A DNA stretch of 64,000 nucleotides from an uncultured Candidatus Saccharibacteria bacterium (GTDB lineage Bacteria; Patescibacteriota; Minisyncoccia; Phycocordibacterales; UBA2100), in assembly GCA_964623775.1 (NCBI GenBank), contig CAZUVH010000001.1, forward strand, positions 284,784 to 348,783, read 5' to 3'. Of the stretch, positions 26,985-35,973 are shown piece by piece (position 1 is the first letter of the stretch; the number at the start of each line of letters is the position of its first letter). The notes under the pieces were generated by a model. That model was not told where the DNA came from. It was given only the letters and a program-made list of their open reading frames with translations, and made no database searches. The position numbers were made by a program, and so were the translations under genes.

Positions 26985-28164
26985 CAGCAATAAGAATTTT
27001 TTCTCCGAGCGCATCCTTCGCGTGCCGCCTTCCGGTACGATCGTATTAACCGATCGGGTACGAGAAATGAAAAAGGCTGGTGAAGATGTTGTTGATCTTA
27101 CGGTAGGGGAACCCAATTTTGATACACCCGTAGCAATAAAAGAAGCCGCTATCAGCGCGTTGAAAAAAGGCGAGACGAAATATGGCCCGAGTGCAGGGCT
27201 TTCTGAGCTGCGAAAGCTTATTGCAAAAAAGCTGCAATCAGAAAATAAAATAAATGTTGAAGAAAAAAATATATTAGTCACGCCGGGCGGCAAACAAGGA
27301 CTCGTGTATGCCTTCATGTCACTACTCAATGAGGGCGACGAAGTTGTCATCCCGGAGCCGACATGGGTAAGTTATTCTGCGATGGTCACGATCGCCGGTG
27401 GCGTACCTGTTGCGGTCGCGACTACTGAAGAGAATGGTTTTAAGGCGGACATACGAGATATTGAGTCGGCTATTACTAAACGGACGAAGCTCCTTGTCCT
27501 GGTAAATCCGGGTAATCCGACCGGAGTTCTTTATACAAAAAAGGATCTTGAGCGGATCGCAGAAGTGGTTGCCAAGCATGACCTTATTGTCGTTGCTGAT
27601 GAAATCTACGAAAAGATAGTTTTTGACAGTGTGCAATTTGTCAGTTTTGCCTCGCTTCCTGGTATGTTCCAAAGAACCGTCACCATCAATGGTTTCTCAA
27701 AGTCTCATGCGATGACTGGGTGGCGGCTCGGGTATGCGGCTGCGCCGGCGCCGATAATTGAAAAGATGCTCATCCTCCAGCAACAAATGGCGACGTGTCC
27801 GAATTCGTTCTCGCAATACGGAGCCGTGTATGCCTATTCGCACGAAATGCCTGAAGTAAAAAATATGGCCAGAGAATATGAGCGGCGTAGAAATACTTTC
27901 TACGAAGAAATAGAAAAAATACCGATGTATTCTGCATTACGACCCGAGGGATCGTTCTATTTATTTCTTAATGTTAAGAAATTCAAAAAAAATTCCCTCA
28001 GGGTAGCAGAAGAACTGCTGAAGACGGTAAAGCTTGCGACGGTGCCGGGGTCGTCATTTGGCGAGGCTGGCGAAGGGTACTTGCGACTCTCGTTCGCGAC
28101 GTCGGATAAAAACCTGAAAGAGGCAGTTTTGCGTCTGAAAAAATTCGCAGAACTCGCACATTAA
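26971..28164 (+). CDS. class I/II (aspartate-aminotransferase family) PLP-dependent aminotransferase
   Basis: The AAT-I lysine motif is present (TINGFSKSHAMTGWRLGYAAAP). The N-terminus is …FSERILRVPPSGTIVLTDRVREMKKAGEDVVDLTVGEPNFDTP. The start at 26971 overlaps the upstream gene by 14 nt. Confidence 0.85.
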   Translation: MLKNNSNKNFFSERILRVPPSGTIVLTDRVREMKKAGEDVVDLTVGEPNFDTPVAIKEAAISALKKGETKYGPSAGLSELRKLIAKKLQSENKINVEEKNILVTPGGKQGLVYAFMSLLNEGDEVVIPEPTWVSYSAMVTIAGGVPVAVATTEENGFKADIRDIESAITKRTKLLVLVNPGNPTGVLYTKKDLERIAEVVAKHDLIVVADEIYEKIVFDSVQFVSFASLPGMFQRTVTINGFSKSHAMTGWRLGYAAAPAPIIEKMLILQQQMATCPNSFSQYGAVYAYSHEMPEVKNMAREYERRRNTFYEEIEKIPMYSALRPEGSFYLFLNVKKFKKNSLRVAEELLKTVKLATVPGSSFGEAGEGYLRLSFATSDKNLKEAVLRLKKFAELAH

Positions 28165-28204
28165 CTGGCTTTGAATATCGTCCAGACTGGACTATATTCC
28201 TTAT

Positions 28205-29209
28205 ATGGAGGCTTTTCAGAAAGTGAACATTTTGGACTGCACGCTCCGTGATGGGAGCTATGCTGTTGACTATACATTTACCGCAGAAGACACGGCTAAA
28301 ATATGCACTGCCCTAGAGGGCGCGGGTGTTGAATATATAGAAATCGGTCACGGGGTCGGATTCAATGGCTCCGAAAAACACGGCAAGGCTGTCGCGACAG
28401 ACGAGGAGTATATAAGAGCGGCGGCAAGCGTTCTTAAAAAATCGAAATTCGGGATGTTCTGTATCCCCGGCATAGCCCGTCTCGAAGATCTTGATATGGC
28501 AGTAAGGTATGGAATGGGGTTTGTCCGCGTCGGCACCAATGTCAGTGAGGCCGAACAGTCAGAGCCTTTTATACGCAAGGCAAAGCAGCTCGGTATGCAT
28601 GTCAGCTTTAATATGATGAAGTCGTATGCCTTGCCTATAGATGAAGTCGTAAAAAAGGCGACGCTCGCGCGCAACTACGGTGCCGATGTCGTATCCGTTA
28701 TTGATTCAGCGGGTGGTATGTTGCCTGACGAGGTCTATGAATATGTCTCCAAGATCAAAAAAGAAGTCACGGGTATTGAGGTGGGTTTCCATGGGCACAA
28801 CAATTTGATGCTTGCGATGGCCAATTCTTTGGCGGCCGTCAAGGCAGGGGCGACATTCATAGACGCAACACTTCAGGGCATTGGAAGGAGTGTCGGTAAT
28901 ACACAGGCGGAGATACTGGTGCTTTTGCTCAATAAACTAGGATACAGGACGGGTATTGATGCGATAAAAATGATGGATGCGGGAGATTCGATCGTACGCC
29001 CGCTCATGCCGCAAGCGACAGGAATAGATTCGCTCAGTGCCACACTCGGAGCTGCTCAGTTCCATTCGAGCTTTCTTCCGATCGTCCAAAAGGTCGCAAA
29101 GGAACAAAGTATCGACGTCCGAAAACTGATCGGCGAAATTAGTAAGATCGATCGAATTACAGTGACTGAGGATCTCGCGAATAAAGTCGCGTCACAACTA
29201 AAAAAGTAA
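28205..29209 (+). CDS. HMGL-like (DRE-TIM) aldolase, 4-hydroxy-2-oxovalerate aldolase (DmpG/MhpE)-type
   Basis: The N-terminus ILDCTLRDGSYAVDYTF and the motifs …VEYIEIGHG…GFHGHNNLMLAMANSLAAVKAGA match DmpG/MhpE. At 334 aa it has no LeuA-type C-terminal domain. Confidence 0.75.
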   Translation: MEAFQKVNILDCTLRDGSYAVDYTFTAEDTAKICTALEGAGVEYIEIGHGVGFNGSEKHGKAVATDEEYIRAAASVLKKSKFGMFCIPGIARLEDLDMAVRYGMGFVRVGTNVSEAEQSEPFIRKAKQLGMHVSFNMMKSYALPIDEVVKKATLARNYGADVVSVIDSAGGMLPDEVYEYVSKIKKEVTGIEVGFHGHNNLMLAMANSLAAVKAGATFIDATLQGIGRSVGNTQAEILVLLLNKLGYRTGIDAIKMMDAGDSIVRPLMPQATGIDSLSATLGAAQFHSSFLPIVQKVAKEQSIDVRKLIGEISKIDRITVTEDLANKVASQLKK

Positions 29210-29214
29210 TAATC

Positions 29215-30378
29215 ATGAGCGCAAAGAAAGGTAAAAAGGATTTGATCCCGTACTCTCGTCAAACTGTCGATGCGGACGACATACGTGAAGTTGTTAAGAC
29301 CCTGAAGGCGCCGTTTCTTACGCAAGGGCCAAAAATCAAAGAATTTGAAGCGTTGGTTGCAAAATTTACAGGTACACGATTCGCCGTTGCGTTCTCAAAT
29401 GGCACGACCGCTCTTCATGCGGCCTATTCTGCTGCAGGCATCCGCGCGAATGACGAGGTCATCGTTCCCGCCCTGACGTTTGCTGCCACAAGCAATGCCG
29501 CTTTGTATCTCGGTGCGAAACCAGTCTTTGCAGATAGTGATATTCATACGGGCAATGTTGATCCGGCTGCGGTAGAGAGAAATGTAACGGGAAAAACGAA
29601 GGCGATTGTGGCGGTGGATTATGCGGGCAATCCCGCTGATCTTGCCGGGATGCGCAATATTGCCAAGAAACATAACCTTGTATTTATCGAAGATGGCGCC
29701 CAGAGCCTTGGCGCGACCTATCAGAAGCGATCCGTTGGTACGCAGGCAGACATGACGATGTTTAGCTTCCATCCGGTCAAATCAATTACCACGGCGGAGG
29801 GCGGGATAATCGTCACAGATAATGAGCGATACTACGAACATCTCATGATGTTTCGTACGCACGGAATGACTGCGGATTCAAAAAAAATGAATAACAAAAC
29901 GTATGCCAAATGGCACCGAGAGATGCATGTTCTCGGCAATAACTACCGTCTGAGTGATGTTCATGCTGCACTTGGTGTATCGCAGATGCGCAAACTACGA
30001 GGATTTATCGTTAAGCGGCGCGCGGCGGCGAAACGATATTTTTCGCTACTCAAAAATTTCGAGGGAATAAAGTTGCCGCCAATAGAGATTCTCGAATCGT
30101 CCGCGTGGCACCTTTTTCCAGTGCATGTGAATCCCCGTCACCGCGACGCGATTTTCAATGGACTTTTGGCAGCGGGCATCGGTGTGCAAGTTCATTATCT
30201 ACCGGTCTATATGCATCCGTACTACCAAGGTCTCGGATACCAAGAAGGGATTTGTCCAAATGCGGAGAAGTACGCCTTCTCAGAAATCTCGATACCGTTG
30301 TTTCCCGGTATTACACAGCGAGAGCAAGTTTACATCGCCAAGACCCTGATCAGGCTCGTGAAGGACCTCGATCGCTAG
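29215..30378 (+). CDS. pseC: UDP-4-amino-4,6-dideoxy-N-acetyl-beta-L-altrosamine transaminase-like DegT aminotransferase
   Basis: It is collinear with H. pylori PseC (…KTKAIVAVDYAGNPADL…FSFHPVKSITTAEGGIIVTDNERYYEHLMMFRTHGM…NYRLSDVHAALGVSQ…GIGVQVHYLPVY…). Confidence 0.85.
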   Translation: MSAKKGKKDLIPYSRQTVDADDIREVVKTLKAPFLTQGPKIKEFEALVAKFTGTRFAVAFSNGTTALHAAYSAAGIRANDEVIVPALTFAATSNAALYLGAKPVFADSDIHTGNVDPAAVERNVTGKTKAIVAVDYAGNPADLAGMRNIAKKHNLVFIEDGAQSLGATYQKRSVGTQADMTMFSFHPVKSITTAEGGIIVTDNERYYEHLMMFRTHGMTADSKKMNNKTYAKWHREMHVLGNNYRLSDVHAALGVSQMRKLRGFIVKRRAAAKRYFSLLKNFEGIKLPPIEILESSAWHLFPVHVNPRHRDAIFNGLLAAGIGVQVHYLPVYMHPYYQGLGYQEGICPNAEKYAFSEISIPLFPGITQREQVYIAKTLIRLVKDLDR

Positions 30379-30418
30379 AGAGCTCGAAACACGCCGTTTT
30401 ACGGGCTATAGTGAGAAT

Positions 30419-31027
30419 ATGATCGCCATCGTTGATTATGGAATGGGGAACGTTAGATCAATGGTAAACGCGCTTGCGCGTATCGGCGCAGAAGGCATCG
30501 TTACATCAAAAGACAAAGATTTTGCACGTGCCACGCATATTATTTTCCCAGGTGTCGGAGCATTCAGTGATGGAATGCGTGAATTACATACGAGGGGAAT
30601 CATCCCGCTCCTTGAGCGTGAGGTATTGAAGCGAAAAAAGCCGTTTCTCGGAGTGTGTTTGGGCATGCAGTTGCTCATGGAAAAAGGTGAAGAAGGTGGC
30701 GAGATAGATGGTCTCGGATGGATATCTGGGAGGACGCGACGTCTTAGGGTCGACGAGCTCAAATTTCGTTTACCGCATATAGGGTGGAATGACGTACGCG
30801 TCAATGACTCAAAATTATTCACCGAAGTGAGTGCGCTCGATTTCTACTTCGTGCACAGCTTCGTGGTCGATCCCGAAGACGCGACGCTTGTCACAGGGAC
30901 TTGTGATTACGGTGAATCGTTCGTTGCGAGTGTGCAAAAGAACAACATATACGGCGTCCAGTTTCATCCGGAAAAAAGTCAGAAGAGTGGTTCACGGGTA
31001 CTCAAGAATTTTGTAAGCCTATGCTGA
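30419..31027 (+). CDS. HisH-like glutamine amidotransferase (second copy)
   Basis: The sequence is MIAIVDYGMGNVRSMVNAL…FPGVGAFSDGM…LGVCLGMQLLM…VQFHPEKS. Confidence 0.85.
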   Translation: MIAIVDYGMGNVRSMVNALARIGAEGIVTSKDKDFARATHIIFPGVGAFSDGMRELHTRGIIPLLEREVLKRKKPFLGVCLGMQLLMEKGEEGGEIDGLGWISGRTRRLRVDELKFRLPHIGWNDVRVNDSKLFTEVSALDFYFVHSFVVDPEDATLVTGTCDYGESFVASVQKNNIYGVQFHPEKSQKSGSRVLKNFVSLC

Positions 31028-31770
31028 AGATTCGTATAATTCCCACGCTCACAGTCAAGGCGGAGCGATTGGTAAAAAGTGTTAAATTCGAGAACCACCG
31101 AAATATTGGGAGCTCAATTGCGGCGGTACGAGTTTTCAATGCGCGCGACGTTGACGAGCTCGTCTTTCTGGATATCGATGCGCGTATGCGGGGTATTGAT
31201 ACGAGGTTACTCGAAGATGTGACAAAAGAATGCTGCATGCCGGTGACACTTGGTGGCGGCGTGAAAACCCTCGAAGACTTCAAAAAGATGCTCGCGATCG
31301 GGGCAGATAAGGTTGCAATAAATACTGTCGCTCTCGATGATCCCGATCTTATCGATGCGGCATCAAAAAGGTATGGAGCTCAATGCGTCGTCGTCTCGAT
31401 TGATGTCCGAAAAATCAATAGTGCGTACGAAGTATTTGGATGTGGTGGCAAGCAGGCAAGCGGAAAGGATCCGGTCGCCTGGGCAAAGGAAGTTGAGAAA
31501 CGAGGTGCTGGGGAGATTTTACTCACCTCGATTGATAACGATGGAGTTATGGAGGGATATGATCTCGAATTGATCAAAAAGGTCTCCTCTGCTGTGAGGA
31601 TACCCATCATTGCTTCGGGCGGAGCGGGGATACCAGCGCATTGTGTCGAGGCTGTTACCGCAGGCGCTTCTGCCGTCGCGGCAGCGAGCATCTTTCAGTA
31701 CACACAAACGACGCCGTCATCGATAAAGGAAGCGTTGAGGAATGCCGGTTTCCCCACGCGGGCCTCATAG
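31021..31770 (+). CDS. HisF-like cyclase subunit homolog (second copy)
   Basis: The sequence is MLKIRIIPTLTVKAERLVK…DELVFLDIDA…TLGGGVKT…SIDNDGVMEGYDLEL…IASGGAG. The start overlaps the upstream stop. Confidence 0.85.
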   Translation: MLKIRIIPTLTVKAERLVKSVKFENHRNIGSSIAAVRVFNARDVDELVFLDIDARMRGIDTRLLEDVTKECCMPVTLGGGVKTLEDFKKMLAIGADKVAINTVALDDPDLIDAASKRYGAQCVVVSIDVRKINSAYEVFGCGGKQASGKDPVAWAKEVEKRGAGEILLTSIDNDGVMEGYDLELIKKVSSAVRIPIIASGGAGIPAHCVEAVTAGASAVAAASIFQYTQTTPSSIKEALRNAGFPTRAS

Positions 31771-31819
31771 GCGCTTAAATTGGCATTCACGTGTTATTTC
31801 TGTAAGATGGTGAGCAACT

Positions 31820-32473
31820 ATGGGACGTACGAAGAAAACGAAGCAAATATCGCATTGGGCGGGTAAAAACGGTAATGCGTATGTAGACCGTAATCCGCAG
31901 ACCACAAAACAAATGGAGAGCCTCTACGCGAAAGATTATGGTGTAAGCCGAAGTTCGATGGATAAAGAATTTTTAAAATCGTTCAACAAGAAGAGTGCGT
32001 CCATTCTCGAAGTGGGGGCGAACGTTGGTACGCAGCTGCAATTTTTGCACGAGCACGGGTTTGCAAAACTTCTTGGCATCGATGTGAATCGCCACGCCAT
32101 AAAAGAAGCAAAGCGTCTTCGCCCGGACGTGGATATTATCGAGGCGTCGGGTTTTGACCTGCCGTTTAAAGACGGAGCGTTTGACCTCGTCTATACTTCA
32201 GGCGTTCTCATTCATATCTCACCAAAAGATATTAAAGACATCATTCGTGAGATGTATCGCGTGTCCCGAAAATATATTTGGGGATTCGAATACTATGCGC
32301 CGAAATATACAGCGGTGACCTACCGCGGAAAAAAGGATCTTTTATGGAAGACGGATTTTGCGGCGCTTTTCCAAAAAGAATTTCCGGATCTAAAAGTCGT
32401 GAAGGAAAAGATCTATAAAATGTCAGACGGTGTAAACGCGACCAAGATGTATTTATTGAAAAAAAGTAACTAA
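31820..32473 (+). CDS. class I SAM-dependent methyltransferase (pseudaminic-acid-biosynthesis-associated methylase-like)
   Basis: Motif I is SILEVGANVGTQL, followed by …LLGIDVN…LVYTSGVLIHISP. The 217-aa gene is embedded between HisF-like and PseA-like genes. That placement matches the ~210-aa methyltransferase family described next to Pse genes. Confidence 0.7.
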   Translation: MGRTKKTKQISHWAGKNGNAYVDRNPQTTKQMESLYAKDYGVSRSSMDKEFLKSFNKKSASILEVGANVGTQLQFLHEHGFAKLLGIDVNRHAIKEAKRLRPDVDIIEASGFDLPFKDGAFDLVYTSGVLIHISPKDIKDIIREMYRVSRKYIWGFEYYAPKYTAVTYRGKKDLLWKTDFAALFQKEFPDLKVVKEKIYKMSDGVNATKMYLLKKSN

Positions 32474-32474
32474 C

Positions 32475-33632
32475 ATGCTCCGGTATTGTACGAAATGCGT
32501 AATGCCCGATACAAAACCTGATCTTTCATTTGACGAAGACGGGGTGTGCGACGCGTGTCGCTCGGCTTCGCATAAGGGTGAAATAGACTGGAGTGCGCGC
32601 GAGGAAGAATTTAAGGACCTGGTGGCAAGGTTCAAAAATAGCGATGGTACGAAGTATGACTGTATTATTCCGATATCGGGCGGGAAGGATAGTCACTACC
32701 AGGCGTTTATGGCCCGAAAATACGGACTCAATCCGCTCATGGTTCATTTCGAGCCCACGATGCGCACCGATCTCGGTCTGAAAAATCTCGAAAATATTCG
32801 CCAATTCGGAGACGTGATCGAGCTCAGGAAAAATCCGTCAGTATACAGAAAAATGGCCGTCGAAGGGTTTCGTCGTGTCGGCGACAATGAGTGGCCGAAT
32901 CACGTGGGTATTTTCACGTTTCCGATAAGAATTGCGGTTGCCTATAAAATACCACTCATTATTTGGGGCGAGAATTCTCAGCTCGAATATGGCGGCCCGA
33001 AGGCGGCCCGAATGAAGAATGTACTCGATCGTCGGTGGCTCGAAGAATTTGGCGGGCTCCTCGGACTACGCATTGAGGACATGATTGGCGTAGACGGTAT
33101 CAAGCATGAAGACCTCATCTCGTTTTTCTATCCGAGTGAGACAGAATTGAAAGATGCGGGAATCACAGGGGTCTTTTTGGGGTATTACTTCAAATGGGAT
33201 GCTCGGTCGCAGGTCAAGCTCATGCAGGAGCATGGTTTTTCTCTGAAAAAAGGGAAGCCAGTCGAGGGCACATATACGCATTATGAAAATTTGGATGAAG
33301 CGACCGTTGCCGTTCACGACTATCTCAAGTTCGTAAAATTTGGATTTGGAAGGACCACTGACCACGTGTGTCTTGATATAAGAAATGGCCGGATGACCAG
33401 GGATGAGGGCGTGAGACTCGTAAAAAAATACGACGGCAAATTGCCAAAAATCTCCATCACTGATTTTCTGAAGTTTTCCGGCATGTCTCGAAAAGAGTTT
33501 GATGGCGTGGTGGATTCATTTACCAATAAGGCGCTTTTCAAGACCGATGCAAAAGGGAGGTTACTTCGAGACAAGAGCGGCAGCTTGATTAAAAAGTATT
33601 CAGATTACGCGATTGAGGCTCAGCGTGGCTGA
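32475..33632 (+). CDS. N-acetyl sugar amidotransferase (WbuX/PseA-like, second copy)
   Basis: The N-terminus is CTKCVMPDTKPDLSFDEDGVCDACRS. The PP-loop is ISGGKDSHY. Its overall collinearity with 12046–13224 makes it a paralog. Confidence 0.8.
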   Translation: MLRYCTKCVMPDTKPDLSFDEDGVCDACRSASHKGEIDWSAREEEFKDLVARFKNSDGTKYDCIIPISGGKDSHYQAFMARKYGLNPLMVHFEPTMRTDLGLKNLENIRQFGDVIELRKNPSVYRKMAVEGFRRVGDNEWPNHVGIFTFPIRIAVAYKIPLIIWGENSQLEYGGPKAARMKNVLDRRWLEEFGGLLGLRIEDMIGVDGIKHEDLISFFYPSETELKDAGITGVFLGYYFKWDARSQVKLMQEHGFSLKKGKPVEGTYTHYENLDEATVAVHDYLKFVKFGFGRTTDHVCLDIRNGRMTRDEGVRLVKKYDGKLPKISITDFLKFSGMSRKEFDGVVDSFTNKALFKTDAKGRLLRDKSGSLIKKYSDYAIEAQRG

Positions 33633-33647
33633 AGTGACATACGTAAT

Positions 33648-34112
33648 ATGGACCAACCCCTTACGTTGCGACGAGTTACGAAAGACGATGCGAAACTTCT
33701 TTATGAGTGGCGTAACGACGAGGAGACCCGGAAACAGTCTCAAAGTATCACACCTGTTGAGTGGGATGAGCATGCGCACTGGATCGAAAACTCACTAAAA
33801 AATCCTGATCGAATTCTTGTCATTGCCGAACGCGGGGGCACGCCCGTTGGCACATGCCGGGCTGATGTGCGAGCCGACGGTTTTACGGAGATATCATACA
33901 CAATTGCTCCGCAGGAGAGAGGCAGGGGACTGAGTAAGCCAATGGTCCAACAGTTCGTAAAAGAATATTTAGAGGGGCGGCGCTTGGCCGCACACATAAA
34001 AAAGGGACACAAGCAGTCAGAGTCGGTTGTAATTGCTCTCGGGATGAAGCCTTTTTTGGAGATACCATCAAAAGACCAAAATGACACCAGGCTGATCGTC
34101 GAGTGGCGATGA
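33648..34112 (+). CDS. small GNAT acetyltransferase, PseH-like (UDP-4-amino-sugar N-acetyltransferase candidate)
   Basis: The 154-aa sequence is LRRVTKDDAKLLYEWRNDEETRKQS…ILVIAERGGTPVGTCR. It lies between PseA-like and NeuB-family genes. Its size and pattern resemble PseH. Confidence 0.55.
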   Translation: MDQPLTLRRVTKDDAKLLYEWRNDEETRKQSQSITPVEWDEHAHWIENSLKNPDRILVIAERGGTPVGTCRADVRADGFTEISYTIAPQERGRGLSKPMVQQFVKEYLEGRRLAAHIKKGHKQSESVVIALGMKPFLEIPSKDQNDTRLIVEWR

Positions 34113-34140
34113 AACCTCGAAGCGTGTACTATTCTGCCAT

Positions 34141-35181
34141 ATGCAGATAGGTAAGCGGAAGATTGGTAAGGGGCAACCTGTTTTCGTTATTGCCGAGATA
34201 TCGGGCAACCACAATCAGGACATTAATCGCGCCTACGCGATTATTGATGCCGCTGCTGAAGCGGGTGCAGATGCCGTAAAACTTCAAACCTATACGCCGG
34301 ATACCATTACTATCGATTCAGACCAGGAGTATTTTGTAGTTAGGTACAAGAATCCAGATTGGAAGGGCAAAACGTTGTTTCAGTTGTATGGAGAAGCATA
34401 TACACCTTGGGATTGGCAGCCTAAATTAAAGGAATACGCTGAAAAAAAGGGCCTCATTTGTTTCTCATCGCCATTTGATACCACATCCGTTGATTTTTTG
34501 GAGAAAATGCACGTTCCGGCGTATAAAGTCGCCTCTCCCGAGGTTGTTGATGTGCCACTTCTCGAGAGAATAGGTAAGACAAAAAAACCCGTCATTATGT
34601 CGCGCGGGATGGCGAAGCCCGACGAATTACGTTTTGCTATCAAGACCCTAAAAGGGAGCGGTACTAAAGAGGTGGCGATTCTACACTGCGTGAGCGCATA
34701 TCCCGCAATACCTGAGGAGATGAATCTTGCGACCATTCCAGATATCTCAAAACGTTTTAATGTGGTCGCGGGCCTTTCTGATCATACGCTCGGGATCGAG
34801 GTGCCTGTGGCCGCCGTTGCATTAGGGGCATTGATAATCGAGAAACATCTTACGATGAAACGATTTGATGGAGGTCCTGATGCATCCTTCTCTCTTGAGC
34901 CATCCGAATTCAAAGCGATGGTTTCGGCGATTCGAATTACTGAAAAGTCTGTCGGTAAGCCGATGTATACGTTGCTCGCAGAAGAGAATATCCTCGGTAG
35001 AAAATCTTTATTTATTGTGAAAGATGTAAAAAAGGGAGATTTGTTTACTCCGGAGAACGTTAGATCGATTCGCCCCGGCCATGGACTTGCGCCAAAGTAT
35101 TACAAAAAAGTAATAGGTAAGCGTGCAAAGATGGATGCAAAGAGGGGCACACCACTTTCTCGGGGCCACGTGAGCATATAA
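34141..35181 (+). CDS. pseI: NeuB-family nonulosonic acid synthase (pseudaminic acid synthase candidate) with C-terminal SAF domain
   Basis: The sequence is PVFVIAEISGNHNQDINRAYAIIDAAAEAGADAVKLQTY…GLSDHTLGIEVPVAAVALGA. The C-terminal SAF domain is LFIVKDVKKGDLFTPENVRSIRPG. The assignment as pseI, as opposed to neuB or legI, rests on the co-located pseB/pseC. Confidence 0.8.
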   Translation: MQIGKRKIGKGQPVFVIAEISGNHNQDINRAYAIIDAAAEAGADAVKLQTYTPDTITIDSDQEYFVVRYKNPDWKGKTLFQLYGEAYTPWDWQPKLKEYAEKKGLICFSSPFDTTSVDFLEKMHVPAYKVASPEVVDVPLLERIGKTKKPVIMSRGMAKPDELRFAIKTLKGSGTKEVAILHCVSAYPAIPEEMNLATIPDISKRFNVVAGLSDHTLGIEVPVAAVALGALIIEKHLTMKRFDGGPDASFSLEPSEFKAMVSAIRITEKSVGKPMYTLLAEENILGRKSLFIVKDVKKGDLFTPENVRSIRPGHGLAPKYYKKVIGKRAKMDAKRGTPLSRGHVSI

Positions 35182-35189
35182 TACAAGGT

Positions 35190-35969
35190 ATGGTCATTGA
35201 CGGGCACGTCCATATCTGGGATTCCTCGGACAAAGGATACACAAAAGGCGACGGGTCACTGGAGACGCTTCTAAAAAAAATGGATGAAAATCCAGAGATA
35301 GGGAAGGTCGTGCTCCTGCCCATATCGCCTTTTGTAAGCAATAGTTATATCGGTAAAGTTTGCGCCGAACATCCCGATAAGCTTATCGGTTTTGCGTCAG
35401 TCGATCCGAAGAGTGATACGGCGGTTGAGACGTTTGGGCGTGATGTGCGCCAATATGGTCTTCGAGGTCTCAAATTGCATCCTCGCGTCCAACAGATGGC
35501 AGCATCCGATGAAAGGATTGTAAAGCTGGTAAAAAAAGCAGCTGAGCTGAATGTGCCCGTGCTCATTGATTGTTTCCCGCAAGACACTGCTGCGTTCCCT
35601 GTCGAGAATTTGTTCCCAGAAAGAATCGGTGAACTTGCGCAAAAAGTGCCGGAGGCAAAAATTATTATGGCGCACGTGGGTGGGTACAAAATTATGGATG
35701 CCTTCGCCGTCGCGAAGGCGCGCCAGAACATATACTTCGACTTCTCTTTTTCGCCGCATTATTACAAAGGCTCTTCCATAGAACAGGATCTGGTCTTTGT
35801 ATTGAAAAAGATTGGCTCGAAGCGTTGCATATACGGATCCGATTATCCGGAGGTGTCCATGAAAGAGTCGCTTGAAATCGCGAAGGAGATGGTTGAGAAA
35901 GCGGGCTTTAGCGCTGAGGATAAAGAGTATTTTTTTGGCAAAACACTATTGTCGTTGCTCCCTGCTTAA
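35190..35969 (+). CDS. amidohydrolase-2 family metal-dependent hydrolase (TIM barrel)
   Basis: The N-terminus is MVIDGHVHIWD. Further motifs are …GLRGLKLHP and …IMAHVGG…GSDYP. Confidence 0.65.
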   Translation: MVIDGHVHIWDSSDKGYTKGDGSLETLLKKMDENPEIGKVVLLPISPFVSNSYIGKVCAEHPDKLIGFASVDPKSDTAVETFGRDVRQYGLRGLKLHPRVQQMAASDERIVKLVKKAAELNVPVLIDCFPQDTAAFPVENLFPERIGELAQKVPEAKIIMAHVGGYKIMDAFAVAKARQNIYFDFSFSPHYYKGSSIEQDLVFVLKKIGSKRCIYGSDYPEVSMKESLEIAKEMVEKAGFSAEDKEYFFGKTLLSLLPA

Positions 35970-35973
35970 ATTC

